NCBI GenBank assembly: GCA_049513915.1
Contig: JBEKVN010000001.1
Coordinates: forward strand, 224,322 to 288,321
Direction of reading: 5' to 3'
DNA from: Candidatus Aminicenantales bacterium
GTDB lineage: Bacteria; Acidobacteriota; Aminicenantia; Aminicenantales; Saccharicenantaceae
Length of the DNA: 64,000 nucleotides
The notes under the pieces were generated by a model, which saw only the letters and a program-made list of their open reading frames with translations, was not told the origin of the DNA and did not search any database. A program made the position numbers and the translations under genes. Positions 28,301-38,188 of the stretch are shown piece by piece (the first letter of the stretch is position 1; the number at the start of each line of letters is the position of its first letter).

Positions 28301-28476
28301 GGGCCTTGGGGATGGCCTCCGGCAGGGAGAGGATTCTGAGGAGCGACCGGCAGAAATGCGGCGGAGCGGAACGGAGCCGCATTTCTGGTAAGTATCCGAA
28401 ATGAGTTTATGTATCTTCTTCCATGAATTGACCAATTTCTCCGCACATGACGTTCCGGCCATGCCCCCTTCGGCCC
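28301..28476 (+). other. Family F structured intergenic element, copy 1
   Basis: Outer arms GGGCCTTGGGGATGGCC / GGCCATGCCCCCTTCGGCCC; 17-mer CATGACGTTCCGGCCAT (28446-28462) shared with 45718-45734; internal 12-bp hairpin at 28351-28387. Confidence 0.6.
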
Positions 28477-28532
28477 TTTCCAAGCCAGGGCGGAGAGGCA
28501 ATTTCCTTCTCCTGAATCATCACGCCTTTCTT

Positions 28533-28565
28533 GAAAAATGGCTGAATGAAGATTTGACCCTATCT
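28533..28565. repeat. Family A variant arm (solo)
   Basis: GAAAAATGGCTGAATGAAGATTTGACCC differs by one base from 8215-8242. Confidence 0.85.
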
Positions 28566-28602
28566 GAGACCTATACTAAATTGTAAGCTGATGGAGGTTG
28601 TC

Positions 28603-29907
28603 ATGAGGATGATTAATGGAAAATCGTTTACGCGCCCTGGGCGGGCCGCGCTGGCCGTTCTGCTCCTGGCGTTGGTCTGTCCGGCCTTCGCCGCCAAGTT
28701 TGTCCCGGCCAGGCCCCAGGAGGTCGGGCTGTCCGCCGAACGGCTGGACCGGATCGGCGAGGTCATGCAGCAGTACGTGGACACGGGAAAGGTCCCTGGC
28801 GTCGTCGTCCTGATCGTCCGCGACGGGAAGGCGGCCTATTTCAAGTCTTTCGGCAAGCTCGACGTCGGCCGCGGTTCGCCGATGCCGCCGAACGCCATTT
28901 TCCGGATCGCCTCGCAGTCCAAGGCGGTGACGAGCGTCGCGGTTATGACCCTCGTCGAGGAAGGGCGGATCAATCTCGGCGACCCGGTGTCCAAATTCAT
29001 TCCCGAGTTCAAAGAGACGAAGGTTTCCGTCCCCGCGGCGGATAAGGGAGCCGTGGGCTATTCGGTTGTCCCGGCCAAACGCGAGATCACGATCCGCGAT
29101 CTCCTGACACACACGGCCGGGATCTCCTACGGCGACGGGCCGGCCTCGGACCTCTATAAAGCCGCCGGCGTCCAGGGCTGGTCTTTCGCGGACAAGAACG
29201 TTCTTGTAGGGGACTGCGTCAAGAAGCTGGCCAAGCTCCCTTTCGACGCCCAGCCGGGTGAAAAATGGATCTATGGCTTCAATACCGACATCCTGGGCTA
29301 TGTTGTCGAGGTCGTTTCCGGGATGAGCCTGGCCGACTACGTGAAGAAGAGGATCACCGACCCCCTGGGGATGACCGATACACACTTTTTCCTGCCCCAG
29401 AACAAGACCGGCCGGTTCGCGTCCGTCTACGGCGCCGGGAAGGACGGCAAGATCGAGCAGGTCGAAGACGCCCTGGAGAGCGCCTTCGTCAAAGGGCCTC
29501 GGATGTGTTTTTCGGGCGGGGCGGGTCTGCTCTCGACCGCGGAGGACTACGCTAGCTTCCTGCAAATGCTGGCGAACGGGGGCGCGCTCGACGGCGTCCG
29601 CATCCTCAGCCCGAAAACGGTTGAGATCATGACCGTCAATCAAGTCGGCGACCTCTACGGGGGCCGGGGCCAGGGGTTCGGCCTCGGCTTCTGGGTGACG
29701 AACGACCTGGGGAAGACGGGGGAGATGGGCTCCGTCGGCGCGTTCGGCTGGGGCGGCGCGTATTACACGACCTACTGGGTCGACCCGGCCGAGCGGCTCG
29801 TTGCCGTCTTCATGACGCAGCTCCTGCCGGCCGGCGGGCTGGACCTCCAGGCGAAATTCAAGACGCTCGTCTACCAGTCGATCGTCGAATCCCGCGAAAA
29901 GAAATAG
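28603..29907 (+). CDS. Secreted serine hydrolase, class C beta-lactamase/esterase family
   Basis: SQSK (SxxK), LLTHTAG, WIYG and FGWGG motifs; GGAGG before ATG 28603. Confidence 0.9.
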   Translation: MRMINGKSFTRPGRAALAVLLLALVCPAFAAKFVPARPQEVGLSAERLDRIGEVMQQYVDTGKVPGVVVLIVRDGKAAYFKSFGKLDVGRGSPMPPNAIFRIASQSKAVTSVAVMTLVEEGRINLGDPVSKFIPEFKETKVSVPAADKGAVGYSVVPAKREITIRDLLTHTAGISYGDGPASDLYKAAGVQGWSFADKNVLVGDCVKKLAKLPFDAQPGEKWIYGFNTDILGYVVEVVSGMSLADYVKKRITDPLGMTDTHFFLPQNKTGRFASVYGAGKDGKIEQVEDALESAFVKGPRMCFSGGAGLLSTAEDYASFLQMLANGGALDGVRILSPKTVEIMTVNQVGDLYGGRGQGFGLGFWVTNDLGKTGEMGSVGAFGWGGAYYTTYWVDPAERLVAVFMTQLLPAGGLDLQAKFKTLVYQSIVESREKK

Positions 29908-29978
29908 AAACGATAGAACACGAGGCCTGGCGTGCCGGTTCCCGATCCTCGCGGGGTATAATGGTGGAGAGGCGGTCA

Positions 29979-31046
29979 ATGGCCATGAGCAATCCGCATA
30001 GCCGGAGGTTGTGCGTTGCTTTCGCCCTGTTGATCCCGGCCCTGGGAGCGCTTCCGGCCGCCGGCAATGGGCGTGAATCCGCCGCCTCCCACGGGCGCGG
30101 GCCCGATGCGGGCCAGCAGATCACGGGCCTGCCTTCGACCGAAGAAATGGAACGGGACCTCCTCGCCGCGAACGGAGAAAACATCGCCCGGAGCGGCACC
30201 TTCGTCGCGAACCTCATCCATAAGTCTTTCATGGAGAGCCCCGGCCACAGGGAGAACGTCCTCAACCGGGATTTCGACGAGGCCGGAATCGGGATTGTCC
30301 GTGGGCCGGAGAACACCTACTACGTCACGGAAGACTTTATCAGGGGCCTCGTTCAAAGGCCCGCGGCCGAGGTGCGGGCCCTGGTCCTTGGGGCGTTGAA
30401 TGAAAAGAGGGCGCAAAAAAAACTCTCCCCGATCGTCCTGATCGATGAAGCCGGGCGGACGGCCGATGCGTTCGCGAGGGCGAAGGCCGCCGGGAGGGAC
30501 CTCCCTCCCGTGCCGTCCTTCTTCGGGAAGACCGCGGTGAGTCTTGCGATCGGCCCAGAGCTTGCACAGGTCATAGGCGTGATCCGGGAGAACGACCTGG
30601 CGGGCCACGGCCGGGCCGGGATCGGTGTCTCGTTCAGCCGCGGTCCCGAATACCCCGGCGGCGCATATTTCATATGCGTCCTGCTCATTGAAGACAGCGG
30701 ATCCGCCGACCCGGACGAACTGGACCGGCTGCTGAAGGTTTTAAAGGCGGCGAACGACCTCAGGGCCCGGAGCCGGCGCGAACCGCTCGCGCTCGATATG
30801 GAACTCTCGCGGCGGGCCGACGACGTGGTCAGCGATCAGCGGCGGACGGGACGTTCGACCCTGCCCGTTCAAGCGCTGGAGGAGACCTTCTTTTCCATGT
30901 TCCAGAGGCTCGGCCAATTCGACGACAAGCTCCGGACGCGCATCGCCGATCCCGCGTTCAGGAAAATCGGCATTTCCACGCTGCCGATCCAATTGGAAGA
31001 GGGCGGCAAGCTCCAATACGCCGTGGCGGTCATCCTCGGCCGCTAG
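29979..31046 (+). CDS. CAP (SCP-like) domain protein with three CAP-like repeats; first repeat appears internally deleted
   Basis: GENIA, FMESPGHRENVL and GIGIV motifs. TATAAT at 29957-29962 argues against the ATG at 29961 as start. Confidence 0.75.
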   Translation: MAMSNPHSRRLCVAFALLIPALGALPAAGNGRESAASHGRGPDAGQQITGLPSTEEMERDLLAANGENIARSGTFVANLIHKSFMESPGHRENVLNRDFDEAGIGIVRGPENTYYVTEDFIRGLVQRPAAEVRALVLGALNEKRAQKKLSPIVLIDEAGRTADAFARAKAAGRDLPPVPSFFGKTAVSLAIGPELAQVIGVIRENDLAGHGRAGIGVSFSRGPEYPGGAYFICVLLIEDSGSADPDELDRLLKVLKAANDLRARSRREPLALDMELSRRADDVVSDQRRTGRSTLPVQALEETFFSMFQRLGQFDDKLRTRIADPAFRKIGISTLPIQLEEGGKLQYAVAVILGR

Positions 31047-31098
31047 GTCGAGGATCCTCTTGCCTTTCAATCCCCTTCGCGGGATTCCAGGGACGCCA

Positions 31099-33219
31099 TC
31101 AAGAGGCGGCACTCGGGGGCCTCTTGATGACTGCGGGGTTCAGGCCAACAGAGCCCCCGGCTGTGAGTCCGTGGAGCTTCAGTTTTTTTCGGAGCTCGTC
31201 GAGAAAACCCGGATCAAGAACTATCCCCAAGGCCTGGGCTTTTTGGGCGTGGTCCCAGGCTTTATCGTAGGCGCCTTTTTCGTAATAAAGGAGAGCGAGG
31301 TTGTTGTGCAGCGATCCGTCGTTGGGGTCGAGCGCGGAGGCCTTGAGGAAAAGCCCCAGGGCCTCGTCCTTTTTTCCGAGGCGCATCAGGAGAATGGCCA
31401 GGTTGGCGAACGCATCCTTGTATTTCGGGTCGAGCTCTCCGGCTTTCCGGAAGGCCGCGACGGCCTCGCCGGTTTGCCCTTTTTTCGTATAGGCGATTCC
31501 CAGATTGTTACGGGCCATGGCCAAGGCCGGGTCGATCGCGATCGCCTGGAGGGCTTCCTCGATCGCGGCATCGGGCGAATTTTTCTGCAGATAGGCGTAG
31601 CTCAGGTTGAGGTGGGCCGCGGCGGACACCAGCCCGAGCTTCAGGGAAAGCTGGATCTCGGCGATCCCGGCCTCGGTTTTCCGGTTCCTGAGCAGGCAGT
31701 ATCCGAGGCTGGCGTGGGCCTCGGGAAACCCCGGCCGGAGTTCGATGGCCTTCGAAAACTGGCCCGTGGCCTCTTCAACGCGCCCCTCCTCGAAGCGGCA
31801 GATGCCGAGATTGTAATAGGCCTTTTCGTAGGCGGGGTCGAGGTCGATGGCTTTAAGGTATTCGGTGACGGCCTCGCCCGCGAGGCCCTGGCGATGGAGG
31901 AGGTTCCCGTGGACATTGTGGGGCCCGGGCAGGTCCGGATTGAGCCGGAGGGCCAGCGTGACTTCCGCCAGGGACTTTTCGTACTCGTTTTTCCTGGCAT
32001 AGACTTCCGCCAGGTTGGAATGGCCGAGGGCGAAAGCCTCGTTGAGAGAGACGGCCTTGGCGAAGGCCGCTTCCGCGCCGCCGAGGCGGCCGGCGCGCAG
32101 GTCCAACTCGCCGATGTTGTTATGGGCTTCGACGAAATTGGGCTTGATCACGATGGCGCGGCGATAGCAATCCATCGCCCCGCCGATTTCGCCGGTCCTG
32201 GCCAGGGCAATGCCCAGATTGTACAGGAACCGGGCGGACCGGGGCCGGGCCTCGAGGATCTTCCTGTAAATTGAAATCGCGTCCTCGACCCGGCCCTCCC
32301 TCCTCATGATGATGCCCTCGAGGTTCCTTGTCTCGAGGTTCTCCGGATTGAGTTCCAGGGCCGCGCGGCAGGCGGCAAGGGCGTCTCCGTACTCTTTCTC
32401 TTCCAGGTGGATCTGGGCCAGGAGGATGTGGGCGTCATCGAGGAAAAAAGAATTCCTCCGTCCGTCCTCTCCGGCGAGACCCTGGAAATCCTGGCGGATG
32501 GTTACTCCCGCGCTCTTCAATCCCGTCGCTGGCGCCGGCGCTGGCGACGGGGCGGGCGGCCGGGCCGGCGCCTTCCGGTTGAATTCACAGATCTCCCGGT
32601 AAACCTCGACAGCGGCTTTCCGCGAGCCTTTGCGGATGGGGAATTCGATGCCGTCGAAGGTCCGGTCCTTGCAGAGCTCCACGGCCCGGGCGTTGAGCGC
32701 ATCGAAGCCCGTCCCCTTGATTAAGAAGCCCATGACCGATTCAGGATCTGCGATGTGGGCCGCGCCGAACATGTGCCCCCACTCATGTGTCAGGATGCGT
32801 TCGAGGCCGGGGAGGTCATCTGTGAGGGTGGCCAGCAGAATCCCTTCTTTGAAGAGCGTAAAGCCGGAAAGGCCGGACTTCAGGTTCTTCTGAGCGGTGA
32901 AGGCGAGGAGGGTATCGCAGCCCTCTTTTTCGGCCTGCGCCTCGAGGGCGTCGAGGAGAAGGTCCAGGGTTTGGAGCGAGTCGTCGGACGTCCAGCCCGC
33001 ATAATCCCTGATGACGAACCGGATCCCGAATAGCCGCTCGAAATCCGAGGACACGGCGCCGATAAGGCTCGAGATCCTGGCCTGCCAGCCGGCAATCGCC
33101 CGGGTCTCTTCGTCTGCCAGGACCCGGATGCTGACGTCCCTCGTTTCCGCGCCGACCGCCGTTGCGCCGACAAGGCCGAGCGCGAAAATGACCGCGATGA
33201 TTCTGGACAGGGGTCGCAT
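31099..33219 (-). CDS. Secreted metzincin-type zinc metallopeptidase domain plus multiple TPR repeats
   Basis: THEWGHMFGAAH...SVM (HExGHxxGxxH plus Met-turn); about 10 TPR-like repeats. Confidence 0.85.
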   Translation of the reverse strand: MRPLSRIIAVIFALGLVGATAVGAETRDVSIRVLADEETRAIAGWQARISSLIGAVSSDFERLFGIRFVIRDYAGWTSDDSLQTLDLLLDALEAQAEKEGCDTLLAFTAQKNLKSGLSGFTLFKEGILLATLTDDLPGLERILTHEWGHMFGAAHIADPESVMGFLIKGTGFDALNARAVELCKDRTFDGIEFPIRKGSRKAAVEVYREICEFNRKAPARPPAPSPAPAPATGLKSAGVTIRQDFQGLAGEDGRRNSFFLDDAHILLAQIHLEEKEYGDALAACRAALELNPENLETRNLEGIIMRREGRVEDAISIYRKILEARPRSARFLYNLGIALARTGEIGGAMDCYRRAIVIKPNFVEAHNNIGELDLRAGRLGGAEAAFAKAVSLNEAFALGHSNLAEVYARKNEYEKSLAEVTLALRLNPDLPGPHNVHGNLLHRQGLAGEAVTEYLKAIDLDPAYEKAYYNLGICRFEEGRVEEATGQFSKAIELRPGFPEAHASLGYCLLRNRKTEAGIAEIQLSLKLGLVSAAAHLNLSYAYLQKNSPDAAIEEALQAIAIDPALAMARNNLGIAYTKKGQTGEAVAAFRKAGELDPKYKDAFANLAILLMRLGKKDEALGLFLKASALDPNDGSLHNNLALLYYEKGAYDKAWDHAQKAQALGIVLDPGFLDELRKKLKLHGLTAGGSVGLNPAVIKRPPSAAS

Positions 33220-33252
33220 CTTCCCGCCATCTCCTTGCGGCCTTATTCTAGC

Positions 33253-33648
33253 TCAGCGGAGGAGCGAAAAACCAGGGGGTCTGGTTTCGTCCTTGCCGGC
33301 TGCCGCGGGGTTTTCCGGCCCGGCCGGGTCGGCGCGTCTTCCCGCCCGCCTGAAGTAACGGCAAATCACCAAATAGTCGAAGGTCCCCAGGACCGCGATC
33401 AGGACCATGAAAGCGGCCCACTGGAAGGATCTGGCGTGGATATTTTCCCGGTCCTGCGTGCTCGATCTCCGGAGGATGTACTGGGGCAGGAGGACGTAGG
33501 AGTTTTTGGGGATGGTCGTCCGGAGATAGACCCGGGAATAGGGATCGAGCCTCAGGGTCGTCGTCGTCGTGGTGCAGGGGACGAAGATCAGGGCCATAAG
33601 GAACAGGCATCCGAAGAGCCCGACGACGGCCTTTGTGCAGCGGTCCAT
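33253..33648 (-). CDS. Hypothetical membrane protein (2 TM)
   Basis: 131-aa ORF co-oriented with its neighbours; two hydrophobic segments. Confidence 0.6.
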   Translation of the reverse strand: MDRCTKAVVGLFGCLFLMALIFVPCTTTTTTLRLDPYSRVYLRTTIPKNSYVLLPQYILRRSSTQDRENIHARSFQWAAFMVLIAVLGTFDYLVICRYFRRAGRRADPAGPENPAAAGKDETRPPGFSLLR

Positions 33649-33695
33649 TCCATTTGATATTACGCCGCGGGAGACGATGATGTTTATGAAAGGGA

Positions 33696-35468
33696 CTAAC
33701 GGACCTGGCGTTCGAGTTTCTCGAACTGCTCGCGGATCTCCGAGGGCAGCCGGCTGCGGTAGGGCTTGAGGAAGCTCCGGATGTCGTCGACTTCGCCTTT
33801 CCAGTCCTTCATGTCGACGGCGAAGAGCTTCTCGAGCTTATCCTTGGGCAGGTTGAGCCCGCTCATGTCGAGGTCCTCGACCCGCGGCACGAGCCCCGCG
33901 GCGGTTTCCCGGGCCGGCACCGCGCCGTTGACCCGGTCGACGACCCATTTGAGGACGCGCATGTTGTCGCCGAACCCGGGCCAGAGGAACTTGCCCTTCT
34001 CGTCGACGCGGAACCAGTTCACGGAGAAAATCCTGGGCGGCCGGGTCAGGCGATTCCCCACGTTCAGGTAGTGCCGCCAGTAATCGGCCATGTTGTAGCC
34101 GCAGAAGGGGAGCATGGCCATCGGGTCGCGCCGCACGACTCCGACCTGGCCCGTGGCGGCGGCCGTCGTTTCGCTGCCCATCCTGGCGCCGAGGAACACT
34201 CCGTGGGCCCAGCTGAAGCTCTCGGTGACGAGCGGGATGAGCTTGGTCCGCCGCCCGCCGAAGATAATGGCCGAAATGGGGACGCCCCGGGGGTTGTCGT
34301 ATTCTTTCGAGAGCATCGGGGAGTTGATGAGCGCGGCCGTGAACCGCGAGTTGGGGTGCGCGCCCTTCGTGCCGGTGGCCGGCGTCCAGGGCCTCCCCTG
34401 CCAGTCGAGGAGGTGCTCCGGGACCGGGCCGTCGATGCCCTCCCACCACGGCTCGTTCGCGTCCGTGTCGAGGGCGACGTTCGTGAAGAGGGTCGGATTG
34501 AAGGCTCCGCGCCGGATCGTCCGCATCATGTTGGGGTTGGTCTTCATCGACGTTCCCGGCGCGACGCCGAAGTAGCCGGCCTCGGGATTGATGGCCCAGA
34601 GCCGGCCGTCGGGCCCTATGTTGAGCCAGGCGATGTCGTCCCCGAGCGTCCAGACCCGGAAGCCGGGCAAAGCCGATTCCATCATGGCCAGGTTTGTCTT
34701 GCCGCAGGCGCTGGGCAAGGCCGCCGTTACGTATGTGACATTGCCCCGGTGGTCTTCGATCCCCATGATGACCATGTGTTCAGCCAGCCATCCCTGCCGA
34801 TAGCCGAGGTAGGAGCCGATGCGGAGCGAAACACACTTTTTGCCGAGCAGGGCGTTTCCCCCGTAGCCCGAGCCGACGCTCCAGACCATCCCTTCCTGGG
34901 GAAAATGCATGATGTAGCGGTGGTTGGGGTCGAGGTCTCCGATGGAATGGAAGCCCTTGATGAAGTCCTCGCGGTTGCGGAGCTTTTCGAGGACCGGCGT
35001 CCCGATCCGGGTCATGACGCGCATGCTGAGCGCGACGTAGCACGAATCCGTGACCATGAGGCAGGCCTTGGCGTAGGGCGAATCGGCGTGCCCCATCATG
35101 TAGGGGATGACGTACATGGTCCGGCCGGACATGCAGCCGTCGGAGAGCTTGGCCATGACTTTCTTGGCCCTGGCCGGGTCCATCCAGTTGTTGTTCGGGC
35201 CGGAATCGTCGCGGTCGGGGTGGCAGACGAAGGTCAGGTGCTCGGTCCGGGCGACATCGGTCGGATGGCTGCGGTGAAGGTAGGCCGTGGGCCAGGTCTT
35301 GTGGTTGAGCTTATAGAAAACCGGGCCGTTGAGCCTCTCCTCATTCAGTCCCACCTCGAGGAGTCGCCAGGCCTCGCCCTCGGAACCGTCGCACCAGTAC
35401 ACGCGGGCCGGCTTGGCCAGCCGTTCCTGGTCCTCAACCCATCGGTCAGCGGCGGAAATCATGTCCAC
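33696..35468 (-). CDS. pckG: Phosphoenolpyruvate carboxykinase (GTP)
   Basis: YWCDGS, SGYGGNALLGKKC, PSACGKTNLAM, GDDIAW, HPNSRF and FGGRR motifs. Confidence 0.96.
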   Translation of the reverse strand: MDMISAADRWVEDQERLAKPARVYWCDGSEGEAWRLLEVGLNEERLNGPVFYKLNHKTWPTAYLHRSHPTDVARTEHLTFVCHPDRDDSGPNNNWMDPARAKKVMAKLSDGCMSGRTMYVIPYMMGHADSPYAKACLMVTDSCYVALSMRVMTRIGTPVLEKLRNREDFIKGFHSIGDLDPNHRYIMHFPQEGMVWSVGSGYGGNALLGKKCVSLRIGSYLGYRQGWLAEHMVIMGIEDHRGNVTYVTAALPSACGKTNLAMMESALPGFRVWTLGDDIAWLNIGPDGRLWAINPEAGYFGVAPGTSMKTNPNMMRTIRRGAFNPTLFTNVALDTDANEPWWEGIDGPVPEHLLDWQGRPWTPATGTKGAHPNSRFTAALINSPMLSKEYDNPRGVPISAIIFGGRRTKLIPLVTESFSWAHGVFLGARMGSETTAAATGQVGVVRRDPMAMLPFCGYNMADYWRHYLNVGNRLTRPPRIFSVNWFRVDEKGKFLWPGFGDNMRVLKWVVDRVNGAVPARETAAGLVPRVEDLDMSGLNLPKDKLEKLFAVDMKDWKGEVDDIRSFLKPYRSRLPSEIREQFEKLERQVR

Positions 35469-35701
35469 TCATCCACACCTTTTTTATCAGGTCGACCGGG
35501 TGATGTCAAACCAGGTTCAGCGGATGTTGTTGATCGAGTTCTTGGCCGTGTGGGGCTTGCTTTTCATGTTGATACGGTTTCATCATGCTCACGGACATCG
35601 GCCGGAGCGCTTGAAAAAGGCGGCTGCAAATGCTATCGTAACACCTGTTTCCAGGTTTTTTGTCGGTCGGCAAACGTCAGCCGCACTCGAGGAGGGCCGG
35701 C

Positions 35702-36280
35702 ATGATCAACGGCAAAGACATCGAATCGCTATTCGGACGACAGCTGGGCCGAATCCAGGATCTGGCCCTGCGGGCCAAGGTCGTCAAGGTTTTTGTCCTC
35801 GCCTGCGAGAGGGGCGGCTGGCTATCGGTCGAGGAGCTGAAGCAGGTCCCTTTTACCCTCCTGACGGACTCGCTCGGGATTAGTTTCGTCGAGCATACGG
35901 TAGCGGTCACCGAGGGGGCTGCCGCACTCGGCCGGGCCCAGGCGGAGGCCTATGCCAGGATGCCCTACACAATCGATTTCGACCGTCTCTATGCGGGCGG
36001 TCTGCTCCACGACGTGGGCAAGCTTCTTGAGATCGAGCCCGACGGCAAAGGCGGCTTCCGCAAGAGCCTCTCGGGCAAGTACGCCCGGCACCCGGTTTCC
36101 GGGGCCATCCTGGCCGCCGAGTGTGGCCTGCCCGGGGCCATCTTGAATATCATCGTCTGCCACGCCAAGGAGGGTGAGGGCAAGCCCCAGGTCGTCGAAG
36201 CCGTCCTCATTCATCAAACGGATTTTGCCACGTTTGACCCCCTCGTGATGAAACAAAAGGGGATGCTCATCGAGAGTTGA
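35702..36280 (+). CDS. HD/HDIG domain metal-dependent phosphohydrolase
   Basis: VEHT...LLHDVGK...RHPVSG...HQTD; likely start ATG 35702. Confidence 0.85.
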   Translation: MINGKDIESLFGRQLGRIQDLALRAKVVKVFVLACERGGWLSVEELKQVPFTLLTDSLGISFVEHTVAVTEGAAALGRAQAEAYARMPYTIDFDRLYAGGLLHDVGKLLEIEPDGKGGFRKSLSGKYARHPVSGAILAAECGLPGAILNIIVCHAKEGEGKPQVVEAVLIHQTDFATFDPLVMKQKGMLIES

Positions 36281-36372
36281 AAAGCGGAGTCCGGCCTGTC
36301 AAGCCGCACGGGGAAAAACGGCACCTGGATGTCGAATCCGCCGTGAAAATGACCGCCGTTACGGAGTCCAGC

Positions 36373-38187
36373 ATGGGGCAGACCATCATCGAGAAAATCC
36401 TCTCCGGCCATTCCGGGCGCACGCTCAAACCCGGGGAGATCGCCGAGGTGCGCATCGACGCCCGGATGGCCCGCGATTTCGGCGGCGCCAACGTCGTCAA
36501 GAACTTGCGGGAGAGCCGGCTCGGCGTCCATGACGTCAAGAAGACGTTCTTCACCTTCGACTGCAACCCTGGCGGCTCGGACCAGAAATACGCGGCCAAT
36601 CAGCAGATCTGCCGGGTATTTGCCCGGGAGCAGGCCATCACGGTCTACGATATCGATGCCGGGATCGGCACGCACATCGCCATCGACGAGGGCCTGGTCC
36701 TCCCGGGCGGCACGCTCGTTTCAACCGACTCACATGCCAATGTCCTGGGAGCCATCGGCGCCTTCGGCCAGGGCATGGGAGACCGGGACATCGCCGCGGC
36801 CTGGGCCTACGGCCAGGTGTGGTTCAAAGTCCCAAAGTCGATCAGGGTCATCCTGAAGGGAATTCCGCCCTTAGGGACAACGGCCAAGGACATCGGCCTG
36901 GCGTTCCTTCGGAAATTCGGCGCGGCCGGCCTCCTGGGCTTGAGCGCCGAGCTCTACGGAGAGGCCGTCGACAGCCTTGGGCTCAGCGAGCGGATCACCG
37001 TCGCCTCCCTGGCCACGGAAATGGGGGGCATCATACTCCTCTTTCCACCGAACGAGCCCGTGCTTAAACACTTTGACCGGCTCGGAAAAAAGGCCAAGGC
37101 CGTGTCCGCGGACGCCGACGCCTCGTACGAGAAGACCGTCGAAATCGACGTTTCCGGGCTCGTCCCCCTGATCTCGCGCCCGGGTCATCCCGAGGACGTC
37201 GTTCCGGTGAGCGACGTGGCCGGGGCAAAAATCGACTCGGCGTTCATCGGATCGTGCACCAACGGACGTTACGAGGACATGCGCGCGGCCGCTGAAATCC
37301 TCAAGGGCCGCAAGGTGGCCCCCGGCGTCGTCCTGAAAATCGTCCCGGCCACGCGGGCGATCTGGCAGCGCTGCCTGTCCGACGGCCTCCTTGACGTCTT
37401 TGCCCGGGCCGGCGGACTCGTGGGGAATCCCGGCTGCGCCGGCTGCGCCGAAGGCCAGATCGGCCAGAACGGGCCCGGGGAGGTCACGGTCAGCACGGGC
37501 AACAGGAATTTCCCCGGCAAACAGGGGAAAGGCAACGTCTATCTCGCTTCGCCCGAGACGGCCGCGGCCTCGGCCGTCGCCGGTTGCATCACGGTGGCCT
37601 CGGACATCCCCGATAAGCCGGTCCTCTTTGCGGCGGCCCATCCCAAGGCCGTTTCGCGGGAAGGTGGTGGGAGAAAAGTCCCGCGGGAGGGGGGGCGGCC
37701 CACCGTAATCACGGGGCGAGTATGGGTCATCGACAAGGACAATATTGATACCGATATGATCTTCCACAACAGGTATCTGGCCATTACGGACATCGCCCAG
37801 ATGGGCCGGTACACGTTTGATAACCTTGCCGGCTGGGAAGATTTCGCCAGGAAGGCCTCCCCCGGGGACATCGTGATCACGGCCGGCAACTTCGGCGCCG
37901 GATCTTCCCGTCAGCAGGCCGTCGATTGCTTCAAGAGCTTGGGGATCCAAGCCATCGTCGCCCGTTCGTTCGGCGCCATCTACGAGAGGAATGCGATCAA
38001 CGCCGCGCTGCCGGTGCTCGCCGGCGACCTCATCACGTCGGGGCTCGAGGATGGCGAAAACATCACCCTTAACCTCGCCACGGGAGAGGTGAAAAGGCAT
38101 CGCACCGGCGAGGTCTTCCGCGTTGAACCGCTCTCGGAAACCCAGATGGCCATCTACCAGAGGGGCGGCTTGTTGAATCGAGCTTGA
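36373..38187 (+). CDS. Aconitase-family hydratase, fused LeuC/LeuD (homoaconitase-type large plus small subunit)
   Basis: DSH, FIGSCTN, GCAGC, STGNRNF; swivel domain NIDTD, GAGSSRQQA and FGAIYERN. Confidence 0.9.
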   Translation: MGQTIIEKILSGHSGRTLKPGEIAEVRIDARMARDFGGANVVKNLRESRLGVHDVKKTFFTFDCNPGGSDQKYAANQQICRVFAREQAITVYDIDAGIGTHIAIDEGLVLPGGTLVSTDSHANVLGAIGAFGQGMGDRDIAAAWAYGQVWFKVPKSIRVILKGIPPLGTTAKDIGLAFLRKFGAAGLLGLSAELYGEAVDSLGLSERITVASLATEMGGIILLFPPNEPVLKHFDRLGKKAKAVSADADASYEKTVEIDVSGLVPLISRPGHPEDVVPVSDVAGAKIDSAFIGSCTNGRYEDMRAAAEILKGRKVAPGVVLKIVPATRAIWQRCLSDGLLDVFARAGGLVGNPGCAGCAEGQIGQNGPGEVTVSTGNRNFPGKQGKGNVYLASPETAAASAVAGCITVASDIPDKPVLFAAAHPKAVSREGGGRKVPREGGRPTVITGRVWVIDKDNIDTDMIFHNRYLAITDIAQMGRYTFDNLAGWEDFARKASPGDIVITAGNFGAGSSRQQAVDCFKSLGIQAIVARSFGAIYERNAINAALPVLAGDLITSGLEDGENITLNLATGEVKRHRTGEVFRVEPLSETQMAIYQRGGLLNRA

Positions 38188-38188
38188 G

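Noticed and set aside
1244-29907. Serine hydrolases as antibiotic-resistance beta-lactamases
   Set aside because: SxxK-family motifs are shared by esterases and peptidases; there is no regulatory or mobile context supporting resistance.
35517-35567. 16-codon uORF (MKSKPHTAKNSINNIR) upstream of pckG as a leader peptide
   Set aside because: No clear RBS or attenuator hairpin; the length is expected by chance.
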